Shown: positions 8,176 through 18,595, counted from the first letter of the stretch. The stretch: 42,760 nucleotides of DNA from Kiritimatiellia bacterium (GCA_007129405.1 SKVN01000072.1:1-42760); one strand, 5' to 3'. The notes: a model not told the origin generated them from the sequence alone. Translations and numbers: made by a program.

Positions 8176-8616
8176 CTATCTTGAAGAAGGTTGGGATTCC
8201 AAGGCTTCTAGCCGTTTTTCCAGTGCGGTGATCCGATCGTTGCTGTCTTCATGTATACCTTGCAAGGTCGCCAACAGAAATCCGTTGATTTCGTTTTGCT
8301 GCGACCAGAGTCTGTAGGTGTAAAAACGGAGCATACTCCAAATGGCCTTCTTGAGGGCCACCAGCGGTTTGCTCCAACGCTGGCGGCGTTCGATGATTTC
8401 AAAATCGCTGATGTCTACGAAGGCGGTGTCGTTTAGTGTCGCCAGAAGCGTTTGGATGAACTCGGTGTTACTTGCAAACCCCGCAGGTGATTGCACTTTG
8501 CTTTCCAGCAGGCGTTGCATGGGCAGTTGGGCTGTTGCATGGCGACTGGCGGCATCATGCATCATTCGTTGCGCTACTTCATCCGTATTGATTCCTGCGG
8601 CAAATATTTTAAGCAT
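8176..8616 (-). CDS. Hypothetical protein with C-terminal coiled coil
   Basis: Starts 6 nt after the MBL hydrolase stop. LVALKKAIWSMLRFYTYRLWSQQNEIN followed by heptad-like RITALEKRLEALE. Confidence 0.7.
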   Translation of the reverse strand: MLKIFAAGINTDEVAQRMMHDAASRHATAQLPMQRLLESKVQSPAGFASNTEFIQTLLATLNDTAFVDISDFEIIERRQRWSKPLVALKKAIWSMLRFYTYRLWSQQNEINGFLLATLQGIHEDSNDRITALEKRLEALESQPSSR

Positions 8617-8622
8617 AGTGCG

Positions 8623-9267
8623 TCATTCCGATTGTTGCGCGTTTTGTAAAAAGGGGTTTGTGTGCATTTCTTCTTCCAGTGTGGAGGTTGGGCCGTGTCC
8701 GCTGCAGATCACGGTTTTCGGTGGCAATGAGAGGAATCGTTTCAGTGAGTTGTGCATATCGGCTGGGTTACCTCCTGGAAAGTCCGTCCGTCCCGCAGAG
8801 CCCGCCAGTATCGTATCGCCAGTAAAAATCGTATTCTCTTCTGGAAAGTACAGGCATACTGACCCTGGCGAATGTCCGGGGGTTTCAAGGACATCAAAAC
8901 GCAGTCTGGCAATTTCATTATCACGAGATTCCGTAAGATCAGCTTTCAGGAGTTCGTCCGGAGGGGGCTGTGGGGGTGCATAATACGGTGGCATCTGGTT
9001 GGATGGAGAAAAGGCCCATATGGCGTCTGAAGGGTGTATTCGTATGGGGGCCGGGTATTTTGTGCTCAATGCGGCCAGTGCGGATATGTGGTCCATGTGT
9101 CCGTGCGTGATCAGGTATCCTTTGATATCGAGACGCATTTTTTGGATACAGTTTTCAATGAGCGGAGCATCTGCGCCTGGATCAATGATGATTGCTTCTT
9201 GATCTTGGTTGGCCAGCAACCAACAATTTACTTCGAAAGCACCAACAGGAATGGATTGAATTTTCAT
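8623..9267 (-). CDS. MBL-fold metallo-hydrolase (glyoxalase II-like, YcbL/GloC type)
   Basis: IIDPG, THGHMDH, TPGHSPGS, FTGD, GRTDFPGG, SGHG. Confidence 0.92.
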   Translation of the reverse strand: MKIQSIPVGAFEVNCWLLANQDQEAIIIDPGADAPLIENCIQKMRLDIKGYLITHGHMDHISALAALSTKYPAPIRIHPSDAIWAFSPSNQMPPYYAPPQPPPDELLKADLTESRDNEIARLRFDVLETPGHSPGSVCLYFPEENTIFTGDTILAGSAGRTDFPGGNPADMHNSLKRFLSLPPKTVICSGHGPTSTLEEEMHTNPFLQNAQQSE

Positions 9268-9328
9268 AGCATGTATAAGCCTATCGGTTAGGAGATTAAA
9301 GATTCAAGCTCATAATGTAGAAGTCGGC

Positions 9329-9357
9329 TTGACATGTGTGCCGGAGAAGTGTAATGC
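9329..9357 (+). promoter_or_regulatory. Possible sigma70 promoter for the aminotransferase
   Basis: TTGACA at 9329-9334 followed by TGTAAT/TAATGC at a 15-17 bp spacing, in a divergent intergenic region. Confidence 0.35.
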
Positions 9358-9458
9358 CCCGCTGGGGCAAAAGTTTTTCTATGCGAAAGCAGCGTTCGAA
9401 TTGAAAGAGTAAAAGATTGTGAATTCCCGATGAGAATTCTCTGCGAGGTGGACAAGAA

Positions 9459-10631
9459 ATGGAATACAAGCTTGCTGATCGGATGGGGCGGATAAATCCA
9501 TCCATGACCTTGGCGATTGATGCCAAGGCAAAAGAAATGATCAAAAGTGGCATTGATGTTGTAGGTTTTGGGGCTGGAGAACCGGATTTTGATACTCCAG
9601 ATCATATCAAACAGGCCGCAGTGGATGCTTTGTCGTCGGGATTTACGAAATATACGCCGGTGGCGGGGATTGTTGAATTACGTCGTGCGATCACACATAA
9701 GTTCGAACGGGATAACCACGTCTCTTATGCGCCTGAACAAATTGTGGTTTCCTGCGGCGGAAAGCATACCTGTTTCAACATTATCCAAGTGCTTTGCCAA
9801 CAAGGAGATGAAGTTATTATATCCTCCCCGTACTGGGTGAGCTATCCTGAAATGGTCAAACTCGCGAACGCCGAACCCGTTTTTGTGGAGACGGATGAAT
9901 CAACTGGTTTCAAAATGACGCCAGATCAGCTTCGGCAGACGATTACGGCGCGCACACGATTGGTCATTTTGAATTCTCCTAGCAATCCCACGGGGGCGGT
10001 TTACACGCCATCGGAACTGCAGGCTTTAGCCGATGTTTGCTTGGAAAAGGGCGTGTATATATTAAGTGATGAGATTTACGAACACTTGATTTATGGGGAT
10101 GCGTGTCACCGAAGCCCCGCGTCTTTTGGTCCAGAGTATAAAGCAATTACAATCATTGCGCATGGATTTGCGAAAGCGTGGAGCATGACGGGGTGGCGGT
10201 TGGGGTTTTGTGCGGCACCTTTACCGATCGCCAAAGCCATAACAACGCTCCAGAGTCATAGTACGAGTAATCCTGTCAGTTTTGCGCAAAAGGGTGGGGT
10301 GGCTGCGCTGGAGGGACCGCAGGATCATTTGTTGGAATGGCGTGCGGCTTTTCAAAAGAGGCGCGATTACGCTTTAGAACGCTTACAGGCTATGCCGGGC
10401 GTAATTTGTTGTCAACCGGAAGGGGCGTTTTATCTATTCCCGAATATCTCGGGAACAGGGCTTGATTCCATCCAGTTTTGTGAATTGCTGTTGGAGGAGC
10501 AGAAGGTAGCCGTTGTTCCTGGTATTGCATTTGGTTCGGATGCTAATGTTCGGATTAGCTATGCCACCGACATGTCAACGATTGAAAAGGGGCTCGATCG
10601 CATGGATGCCTTTTGTCGATCGCACGCGTAA
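9459..10631 (+). CDS. aspC: PLP-dependent aspartate aminotransferase (class I/II)
   Basis: GAGEPDF, YWVSYPE, NSPSNPTG, SDEIY, GFAKAWSMTGWRLG (PLP Lys), GAFY, RISYA. Confidence 0.9.
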   Translation: MEYKLADRMGRINPSMTLAIDAKAKEMIKSGIDVVGFGAGEPDFDTPDHIKQAAVDALSSGFTKYTPVAGIVELRRAITHKFERDNHVSYAPEQIVVSCGGKHTCFNIIQVLCQQGDEVIISSPYWVSYPEMVKLANAEPVFVETDESTGFKMTPDQLRQTITARTRLVILNSPSNPTGAVYTPSELQALADVCLEKGVYILSDEIYEHLIYGDACHRSPASFGPEYKAITIIAHGFAKAWSMTGWRLGFCAAPLPIAKAITTLQSHSTSNPVSFAQKGGVAALEGPQDHLLEWRAAFQKRRDYALERLQAMPGVICCQPEGAFYLFPNISGTGLDSIQFCELLLEEQKVAVVPGIAFGSDANVRISYATDMSTIEKGLDRMDAFCRSHA

Positions 10632-10652
10632 TTTCTTGTTAAGGGTGGTTCT

Positions 10653-11870
10653 ATGCAGATTCGCGATATGGTTTTCATTTTCCACTTAAAGCGTTGGGCG
10701 ATGCTTGTTGCTGTATTCCTGATGCAGACCTGTTTGGGAGGACTGTATGGGTGGAGTGTTTTTGTTCCGGTTTTGCAGAAAGATTACGGGTTTACACGCA
10801 TGCAGACCCAGATTGTATTTGGGCTCACGATTGCGAGTTTTACCATAGCGATGATTTTAGCGGGGCGACTACAGTTGCGCATAGGTGCACGGTTGAATGG
10901 GCTGATTGGTGGTGTGTTGTTTGGAAGCGGATATGGGATTGCTGTCTGGCAGCAGGGACAATTTTGGGGTCTGGTCATGGGAATTGGGGTTGTTAGTGGG
11001 GCTGCGATCGGATTCGGTTATGTTGCAGCTTTGAAATCAGGTATGCTTTGGTTTCCTGCTCATCGTGGACTGGTAACGGGTGTAGCTGTGGCGGGATTTG
11101 GCGGCGGAGCGATATTGTTATCGCAAGTTTCTGCGTTCCTTCTTGGTCGGGATATAGGTTTATTGGACATATTTAGTATGGTTGCATTCGGATATGGTGG
11201 ATTGATTTGCCTTTGCGCTTTGTGTCTCTTTCGTCCTCCGGAGAGCCGTGCGGTGCCGGTTCCGCAGCCCTCTTTGCGAAAATTACTATATGACAGGCGA
11301 TTCTGGCTTTTAGGACTGGGGATCTTTTCGGGTACATTTGCAGGATTGCTTGTTGTGGGCAACCTCAAGCCGCTTGGGCTAGCACATGGGGTGTTGGAAA
11401 CGACGGCGATACTATCGATTAGTTTCTTTGCCTTTGGGAATGCTGTGGGGCGGCTGACCTGGGGTTGGGTTTTTGATCGAATTGGGTATCGTTCCATACC
11501 TGCTAACTTATTGATAACAGCTGTAGTGATTCCGGCTATGTTCTTGTTGCGCGGATATACGCTCGCGTATTTAGGTTTTGCAGCGTTTGTAGGATTTGCC
11601 TTTGGAGGTTGCTTTGTGGTTTATGCTGCCGAGGTTTCGCGGGTGTATGGTTTGGAAGGCGTGAATTGCGTTTATCCACTTCTATTTCTTCTATATGGCA
11701 TTTCTGCTCTGTTGGGGCCTGCTTTTGGTGGGTGGGTCTATGATTGGATGGGGGGATATGGCGCTGCCATCTGGTTGAATGTTGCCGTGTTATTCGTGGC
11801 GGCTTTTGCTACCTGGTCTCGCCGTCGCGATATGGTGCTTGCCGAGGCTGAACTGGCAGAGGAAGCCTGA
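10653..11870 (+). CDS. MFS transporter, oxalate/formate antiporter (OFA)-like
   Basis: About 12 TM; GGLYGWSVF, WFPAHRGLVTGVAVAGFGGG, GRLTWGWVFDRIG. Confidence 0.88.
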   Translation: MQIRDMVFIFHLKRWAMLVAVFLMQTCLGGLYGWSVFVPVLQKDYGFTRMQTQIVFGLTIASFTIAMILAGRLQLRIGARLNGLIGGVLFGSGYGIAVWQQGQFWGLVMGIGVVSGAAIGFGYVAALKSGMLWFPAHRGLVTGVAVAGFGGGAILLSQVSAFLLGRDIGLLDIFSMVAFGYGGLICLCALCLFRPPESRAVPVPQPSLRKLLYDRRFWLLGLGIFSGTFAGLLVVGNLKPLGLAHGVLETTAILSISFFAFGNAVGRLTWGWVFDRIGYRSIPANLLITAVVIPAMFLLRGYTLAYLGFAAFVGFAFGGCFVVYAAEVSRVYGLEGVNCVYPLLFLLYGISALLGPAFGGWVYDWMGGYGAAIWLNVAVLFVAAFATWSRRRDMVLAEAELAEEA

Positions 11871-12009
11871 TGTATAATTTGCATTACGCGAGTTGGTTTT
11901 GTCTAGAAAGTTAGCCTTGACTAAAGAAGTTGTATCTATTAAACAAGCTCCCGTTTTCCGTTTATAGCGGTACTGAAGAAGGCGTCAAAGTAATAGGTGA
12001 GGGAGTCAT

Positions 12010-14076
12010 ATGTATTCGCATTACAGGTTGAAATGGTTGAGCTCGGTTATGATGGGTGCGTTATTAACTGGTACATGCTGGAGCGATGCAGAGCTTCCAC
12101 ATGTGTTGGCTCCCCTGACGGTGCTTGGAAGGCAGGATGATGCTGGGCTTCAGCCCGGGGCGGTATCTGTCATGAAAGAAGCTGAGATTCAGCAGCTGCA
12201 GCCTCGCTCAACGGAGGACGTATTGCGCCGTGTTCCGGGGATTTATATTAAAGGCGAAGAGGAAAATGCGGTTGTTGTTAATGTCGGGGTACGAGGGTTG
12301 CCGGCCGGTGACTATAAAACACTCGTGTTGGAGGATGGGGTGCCTGTCCAGCCGGGTATTTTTGTGGGCAATTCGCGCTACTATAACCCTCGTGTGCAAC
12401 GCATGGAAGGTGTTGAGGTACTCAAGGGCGCGGCTTCGTTGCGTTATGGGCCGAACACGATTGGCGGTGTGATTAATTATCAAACGAAAACACCGGATGA
12501 TGGTATTTCCATCCGCGCACGTTACGGTTCCTGGAATACGCGCGAAGCCACGATTACGTTAGGCGGAAATATTCCTGGTGAAGGATCCCGTTACGGGGTG
12601 ATTGTAACCCGCGCGAGAAGTGATGGCTTTATGGATCGGGGCGTGGATATGACCGATATGATGGTTAAGACAGGGACTGCGATTGGGGAAGATCACTTCA
12701 TTACACTCAAGTTTTTGTATCACGAGACGGATGCAAATATTTCGTATCGTGGATTTTTCCCTGATGCCTACAAGGCTGGTGCCCAGTTCAATCCCGCCCC
12801 AGATGACTGGTTTTTGACAGAACGTAAGTCGTTTGATATCAGCCATGATTGGCAGATCACTCCGGACGTATCGTTGTTGACCTTAGGCTACTGGAGCGAT
12901 ATGAACCGGGATTACTGGCGCTTCGGTCTGGTCAGCGGGCAACCCACGACGTTGAACGCGGATGGCTTCCGGGTATGGAACTACAGCGATGAAGTACAGG
13001 GGAATAATCGTTCTTTCGAGCGTTTTGGGTTAGACACACGATTGGTTGCCGGACATGGTGCATTGGGGCTTGAGAATGAAGCCCAGTTTGGTGCACGCGT
13101 GATGCGTGAGGAGATGTTGGATCAGACTGTTCGCGCGGATCGCACTGCACCCAGAACGCCTACGCAAGCGTTCCTTCGCGATCGGGTTGACTCTGCTGGC
13201 AGTTTGGCTCTATTTGCCCAAAATCGTTTTGGATTTACAGAACGATTAGCGGTAACAACGGGACTGCGCATGGAGACGTACGAACAGAAGCGTGATAACC
13301 GGCAAAGTGCTGCATCCCCTGATCGTTACACGAATACCGAAGTTATGCCTGGTATTGGGGCAACGTACCAAGTTACGTCTTTAGCGCAGGTTTTCGGTAG
13401 TGTGTATCGTGCTTTTGCTCCACCCCTTGTTGGCAGTGTGGTAGGTGCAGAGCAGCCGCCCACGGATGCAGAGACGTCGATCAATGTTGAATTGGGGGTG
13501 AGGGGTGCAGATGGCCGTGTGCAGTACGAGGTGACTGCGTTTCAGATGGACTTTTCGAATCAAGTGGATCCGGGTGTTTCCGGAATCCGTAACCCCAATG
13601 AAGGAAGTGCACTCATTCAGGGGGTAGAAGGTATGCTCGGGTACGATTTCGATAATGGATTTCGCGTCAGCGGGAATCTGACGTGGATTCCTACTGCTGA
13701 GTATGGCGAGGATCGGCCAGGTGTCGCTGCTAAAGGTAATCGTTTGTCCGACTCGCCAGAGCTTACCGGAAATCTTGTCGTGGGCTATCAACAGGGTCGT
13801 TTGCAAACGGCAGTTTTGTTTAACTATGTCGGAGAGGCATTTGGTGACGGATCGAATGTCAGGGAGCTGACGACGGAAGAAACCGGTACATGGGGTGGCG
13901 AAATTCCAAGCTACTACACCATTGATGTGACGGGGCAGTTTACAGTGAACGAATCAATGGATGTGTTTGGCGCGATCAAGAATCTTACGGACGAACTATA
14001 TATATCTGGTTTGCGGCAAGGTATCTATGTGGGGCCGGAGCGTAGCTTTGAATTGGGTGCGAAGGTGCGTTTCTAG
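12010..14076 (+). CDS. TonB-dependent receptor (FecA-like family)
   Basis: Signal peptide; plug motifs EDVLRRVPG, LVLEDGVP, VEVLKGAASLRYGPNTIGGVIN; KNLTDELY; C-terminal Phe. GGGAG SD. Confidence 0.93.
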   Translation: MYSHYRLKWLSSVMMGALLTGTCWSDAELPHVLAPLTVLGRQDDAGLQPGAVSVMKEAEIQQLQPRSTEDVLRRVPGIYIKGEEENAVVVNVGVRGLPAGDYKTLVLEDGVPVQPGIFVGNSRYYNPRVQRMEGVEVLKGAASLRYGPNTIGGVINYQTKTPDDGISIRARYGSWNTREATITLGGNIPGEGSRYGVIVTRARSDGFMDRGVDMTDMMVKTGTAIGEDHFITLKFLYHETDANISYRGFFPDAYKAGAQFNPAPDDWFLTERKSFDISHDWQITPDVSLLTLGYWSDMNRDYWRFGLVSGQPTTLNADGFRVWNYSDEVQGNNRSFERFGLDTRLVAGHGALGLENEAQFGARVMREEMLDQTVRADRTAPRTPTQAFLRDRVDSAGSLALFAQNRFGFTERLAVTTGLRMETYEQKRDNRQSAASPDRYTNTEVMPGIGATYQVTSLAQVFGSVYRAFAPPLVGSVVGAEQPPTDAETSINVELGVRGADGRVQYEVTAFQMDFSNQVDPGVSGIRNPNEGSALIQGVEGMLGYDFDNGFRVSGNLTWIPTAEYGEDRPGVAAKGNRLSDSPELTGNLVVGYQQGRLQTAVLFNYVGEAFGDGSNVRELTTEETGTWGGEIPSYYTIDVTGQFTVNESMDVFGAIKNLTDELYISGLRQGIYVGPERSFELGAKVRF

Positions 14077-15440
14077 CTACTGGGCAGGGCGGGGAGGCTT
14101 GCGGCAGCTACGGCTTGGCCATGGCGTTTCATGGTTTCATCCGGTATGTGCAACTGGAGCGCCGCGGCAAGTTGTGGATAGTGTTGTTCCAAGCATTGGC
14201 GTGTTTGGGATAGCATGAGATCCCCACCGCTGCCACTCGTCACACGCCCCAGTATCAAGACATGCTCCAAGTTGTAGAAGCTGGACCAATGTGCCAGAGT
14301 ATGGCCAAAGGCGTTTCCGATTGTGGTGTAGATCTCTTGTGCCAAGGGGTCGCCCGCTGTCATGTGCTGCTGAACCTCAATCAATTGTTCCGGAAGCGGC
14401 ATTTCCGGGGGCAGATTCATGCCTACTTCCCGGGCAAGCCGGGCTACGCCTTGCTGGGAAAAAAATTGTACCGCACAGCCTCGATCGCCTGACCATTCGT
14501 CTACGGGGGCTTGATCGCTATAATCCACCGGCACAAAGGCGAGTTCATTCAGCCAGTTGGTGAGGTGCCCATCGGGGGTGACATAACCTGCTGCGGTGCT
14601 GGTGCCCATGGATACCCCTAGTAATGCAGATACTTGTAATGACATCGCACCGGCCAAGGCGGTGACCTCACCGTCGTTAATCACAACAAAGGGTACGTTG
14701 TTCCAAACTTTCTGCACACGCTGAAAGATGTGTCGGACCGATTGGTCAAAATCTGCAGTGGCCACACCACGGAAGAGCGAGGCTACGCGGACTTCGTTAT
14801 CGACATAGACACCAGCGGCACTACCACCAATGGCATCCACGCGTGGTAGATGTTTGGCGGCGCGGTTGAGTGAGTCCATAATACCGTCAAAATGATACTG
14901 CGGGTCTTTTTGAAAATATGGATCCCACGGGATCTCCTCGGAGAAAACGACTTTTCCGTCAATCAGCGCAGCTGCCTTGCGGTCGCTACCGCCCAAGTCG
15001 AATCCTATCCGGCATCCATCGAGATGTCCGCCCATGGTCTGGGACTCCGTGTTGACTTCAGGGATTTCGTGCTCGGATACCGCCTCAATGCGAATGGGGG
15101 CACCATAAATTTTTTCTCCAATCAGGTCGGAATCGAATTGTCCTGTTGGCGCACTCTTAAAGTGATCTGAGAGTTTCTGGCGCAGGATTTGTGGGCCTGA
15201 GAAGAGGATCCGGTTTCCGCCGTAGATCCAAAGCAGCGATTTGATGTGGCGTTCCATGTATTTGCATGTTCGTTCGATGTGGGATGGTTCGCTAAGAATT
15301 TGAAGATTCGTGCGTGCAATGGTGGTGCCTGCCCGTAGAATGGCAATCGTTACCGATGCAGTAGCTTCTCGCGTATGCTTTACTTCCCGCTCGTACTGCT
15401 GGTTCCATTGCGCAGCGGCTTCAAATTGGTTTGGCATCAT
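14073..15440 (-). CDS. ROK family protein (sugar kinase-like) with N-terminal extension
   Basis: IGFDLGGSD, VINDGEVTALAG, GTSTAAG, ELAF. GGAG SD upstream. Confidence 0.85.
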   Translation of the reverse strand: MMPNQFEAAAQWNQQYEREVKHTREATASVTIAILRAGTTIARTNLQILSEPSHIERTCKYMERHIKSLLWIYGGNRILFSGPQILRQKLSDHFKSAPTGQFDSDLIGEKIYGAPIRIEAVSEHEIPEVNTESQTMGGHLDGCRIGFDLGGSDRKAAALIDGKVVFSEEIPWDPYFQKDPQYHFDGIMDSLNRAAKHLPRVDAIGGSAAGVYVDNEVRVASLFRGVATADFDQSVRHIFQRVQKVWNNVPFVVINDGEVTALAGAMSLQVSALLGVSMGTSTAAGYVTPDGHLTNWLNELAFVPVDYSDQAPVDEWSGDRGCAVQFFSQQGVARLAREVGMNLPPEMPLPEQLIEVQQHMTAGDPLAQEIYTTIGNAFGHTLAHWSSFYNLEHVLILGRVTSGSGGDLMLSQTRQCLEQHYPQLAAALQLHIPDETMKRHGQAVAAASLPALPSS

Positions 15441-15475
15441 GCTTGTTTCTCCGTGTCGTCGATCATGGTTCGTGT

Positions 15476-16387
15476 TTAACGGAAAAAGGAAAATCGATCA
15501 TGTGATTCTTTTTCAATGTGTGCGAAGTCTGCGGGGCCACGCCGATAAGGGGGCGGGCTAATCACTACGGTTTCATCATCCGGGGGGATTTCGTGAAACG
15601 CCTCTGTCCCGGTAGGTCCATGGCGGGGTGAAAATCCACGCTGTTGCATAAGTGTTTCGATTTGTACTTGGCGATATTCCCGGTTCCCCATGATGTAGAT
15701 AAACCCGGCGATGATGATAAGGATAAAGGCTGTATGGGGCGTGAGCCACCTTATGCGTTGCGTAAGGTGCAAGATGCCCAGTAATCCGAAGGCAATGGCG
15801 AAACCGCGTCCCAGAAGCATGGCGATGCGTGTGGCGCGCAAGCGGCCGAATCGCGGAGTCAAAAGCGCTCTGACGATACGTCCTCCGTCCATGGGAAAAG
15901 CTGGTAGCAGATTGAACAACATCAGCAGAGCATTGCCCCAGGCGATTACCTGAAGAAAAAGACCGATCCAAGCCCGGAAATTTTCTGCATCGAGAGGAAA
16001 CCAACTTGCAAGAATACCGAATGTGATTGCAAGTGTGGCGCTCACGGTGGGTCCGGCAATTGCCATTGCGAATTCGTCTTTAGGGCGTTTGGGGATATTT
16101 TCCATGACGGCTGCGCCCCCCGCGATCATCAGAGTGATTTCGCGCACTTTACAGCCTTTACGCATGGCGACGAAAGAATGCCCCAGTTCATGGAGTCCAA
16201 TGCTTGCGAATAAACAGGCCAGTAGCAGGGTCGCTCCTGACAGTGCTACAATTGCAAACCCAAAGCCATAGGTCTGAAGGCCAATCCGAAAGGTCTGCAG
16301 GGCAATATACCCAATCAGAAAGAATAGTGAGATATGGATTTTAAGCGGAATGCCCCAGATGGTTCCGATGCGATAGGAATATTTCAT
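15476..16387 (-). CDS. Site-2 protease (M50 zinc metalloprotease), no CBS domains
   Basis: GIPLKIH, HELGH, IAGP, FNLLPAFPMDGGR. Confidence 0.92.
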   Translation of the reverse strand: MKYSYRIGTIWGIPLKIHISLFFLIGYIALQTFRIGLQTYGFGFAIVALSGATLLLACLFASIGLHELGHSFVAMRKGCKVREITLMIAGGAAVMENIPKRPKDEFAMAIAGPTVSATLAITFGILASWFPLDAENFRAWIGLFLQVIAWGNALLMLFNLLPAFPMDGGRIVRALLTPRFGRLRATRIAMLLGRGFAIAFGLLGILHLTQRIRWLTPHTAFILIIIAGFIYIMGNREYRQVQIETLMQQRGFSPRHGPTGTEAFHEIPPDDETVVISPPPYRRGPADFAHIEKESHDRFSFFR

Positions 16388-16474
16388 GATACTACATTTT
16401 ATAGATTCAAAATCAGACCCGTAAAGCAATATTGCCTATACTATAGGCCAGAAATCTACGAAAAGCGAGCAGGG

Positions 16475-17233
16475 TCAATCATCCTTTGTTTTTCTTTGAT
16501 ATAAAGCAATGACGGGAGAACCCAGCCATCTCGTTAAGCCACAGAGTCTGGCAACTCTTTCCATGAGTTGACTCAGGCGTTTGCACCGTAATAAACGGTG
16601 CAATGCCATGGGGAGGAAGAACTGTTTGTATGTTGCAACACGTGCAAAGCCTTGTTTGTAAAAAACCTGGTCTACTTCTTTATGGCGGAAAGAGCGCCAA
16701 TAGCGCGTGTTTTTTTCAACTTTCTTTTTGGCATCAAACAATGCAGGGGCTATCGCGTTAATACTTTGCGAGGTTGGGTAGTCTAACAGGACATAGGTAC
16801 GGGAAACTTTGCAAAGTTGTTCAACCAGACGTTCCCATTCCTTGCAGTGTGTTAATAAGCGAAAGGATGACACCAGATGAAAGTGTTTGTGGGGGAAGGG
16901 GAGTTGGAGTAAATCTGCTGCTATATAGCTGCAATTCGGATGCTGAAGGGCCTTCTCTAGCCGCGTGCCAGGCGTAGGGGCACTGCCTACGACCATGACT
17001 TCGTGGTCTTTTTCAAGATAAACATGTGTCAACTGTGCATGTCCGCCGCCGACATCCAGAATGGTGTGTACATTCTTTGTGCATGCAAGTACATGTCGTG
17101 TTCCCTGCTCTTGCACCCAAAGGAGCCATTGCCCTGACGGACCGGCGAAGCGGGTCGCATAATCATCAGATGCCGTCTCAATGTCGGCCAGGGGAGGCGG
17201 TATATTTGGCTGGCGATCCGTTTTCTTGCTCAT
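16475..17233 (-). CDS. Class I SAM-dependent methyltransferase
   Basis: ILDVGGGHAQ and ADLLQLPF motifs. AGGAG SD. Confidence 0.85.
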   Translation of the reverse strand: MSKKTDRQPNIPPPLADIETASDDYATRFAGPSGQWLLWVQEQGTRHVLACTKNVHTILDVGGGHAQLTHVYLEKDHEVMVVGSAPTPGTRLEKALQHPNCSYIAADLLQLPFPHKHFHLVSSFRLLTHCKEWERLVEQLCKVSRTYVLLDYPTSQSINAIAPALFDAKKKVEKNTRYWRSFRHKEVDQVFYKQGFARVATYKQFFLPMALHRLLRCKRLSQLMERVARLCGLTRWLGSPVIALYQRKTKDD

Positions 17234-17432
17234 TTGGTTTTTCTCCTATTCTTACACCCATCATCTCAAAACTGGCCGCAACATGTTTGCGTGATTCTGT
17301 AGCGAGAGTACTCAAGTGTGTGTCGATTGGAACCCCAGCCCGCGGCCTTGAAAAATCATCAAAAGAGGTAGGCGTTGCTATCGGGCAAAAGCGTTGTTGG
17401 TCGCGATCACGTGTAGATCTTTCTTTCATGTA

Positions 17433-18422
17433 TTACAACAGGTTATGTTCTCGATACCAAGTGCCCATTTGGGATAGCGCCTCAAAAGGTGTGATATGTG
17501 GTATGTAGCCTATTAACTCGCGGGCTTTGGAATCGTCGTAGGCACGATGCTTGGTAAAGAAATCTACACGGCGCGGATATAATGGTGGGGTAATGCCCAT
17601 ACGCTTGCAAATCCTGTCGCAGAGATAGGCCGCTATTTTCACAGGAAGGACAGGTATGTGCAACCGGGGTTGCGGAGCATCAAGAATCTGGCAGATATTC
17701 TCTACCATTCGATTGAGTGAAATGGATTCCGGTCCGGCAAGAATGAAAATTTGACCCTCGGCGTTCTTGTTTTCGGCTGCTTGGATGAATCCTTGTGCCA
17801 AATCATCAACGTGTACAAAGTGGTAGTGGTGATTGCCCTTTCCTATCATGACGAAACGGTGTCGATGAATAGCGCGAAACAGTTTGAGAAAGCGGGTGTC
17901 GCCGGGCCCGCATATGGCGGTTGGACGTATGATGGTGACGGGAAGATCGTGTGTTTGCCCCCAATGCAATACAAGGTTTTCGCCTTCCAGCTTGGTCTCC
18001 TGATACCAGTCGCCGGGCCGGAAAGGCGCATTTTCCTTGGCAGGGGCATCGGGATCGATCCAGCCGTGTACACCTGCTGTGCTGCAGTGTACAAAACGTT
18101 TCACGCCAGCGGTCGTGGCTTTTTCTAATATACGCCGTGTACCGTTGACATTGATATTATGAAAAGCCTCTCGATTCGCACCTTCCTGCCGATACATGGC
18201 GGCAATATGGAACACCGTATCGACATTTTCAAAGTCGGCTAGGTTGATGGCTTCATCCTGCCCGATATCGCCGCGCACGATTTGAACATCAAGACCTTCT
18301 AATCGCTCCGTGGATGCCCCGGGGCGGACCATGGCCTTGACTCGATAGCCATGCAGAACAAGATTGCGACAAAGATTGCTTCCGGTAAACCCTCCGGCTC
18401 CGGTCACGATGGCCTGCTGCAT
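17433..18422 (-). CDS. NAD-dependent epimerase/dehydratase (extended SDR)
   Basis: VTGAGGFTG, FHIAA, NVNGT, HCST, YQETK (YxxxK), HVDD. GGAG SD before ATG 18422. Confidence 0.92.
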   Translation of the reverse strand: MQQAIVTGAGGFTGSNLCRNLVLHGYRVKAMVRPGASTERLEGLDVQIVRGDIGQDEAINLADFENVDTVFHIAAMYRQEGANREAFHNINVNGTRRILEKATTAGVKRFVHCSTAGVHGWIDPDAPAKENAPFRPGDWYQETKLEGENLVLHWGQTHDLPVTIIRPTAICGPGDTRFLKLFRAIHRHRFVMIGKGNHHYHFVHVDDLAQGFIQAAENKNAEGQIFILAGPESISLNRMVENICQILDAPQPRLHIPVLPVKIAAYLCDRICKRMGITPPLYPRRVDFFTKHRAYDDSKARELIGYIPHITPFEALSQMGTWYREHNLL

Positions 18423-18595
18423 AAATGTTGACTCCAAAGATTCACTGTTCATGACAACATTTGTCATAAAAGACTACGATGCCATATTCAATCATGCCGT
18501 GCATCCTAAGGCAAAACACCTTGCTGGTGCAAACTAAGTATTCCTTTCGCATCGTCTTTTTGATATGTCACTCTTTTGAAAGTGAGCATTTTGTT

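Noticed and set aside
11871-11945. Fur box and promoter upstream of the TonB-dependent receptor
   Set aside because: TATAATTTGCATTA is only a weak match to the Fur consensus, and TTGACT lacks a good -10. No riboswitch was recognised.
17178-17429. 83-aa - strand ORF between the epimerase and the methyltransferase
   Set aside because: It overlaps the methyltransferase SD and start by 56 nt and shows no family motif such as an ACP DSL. It cannot be supported, though it is not fully excluded.
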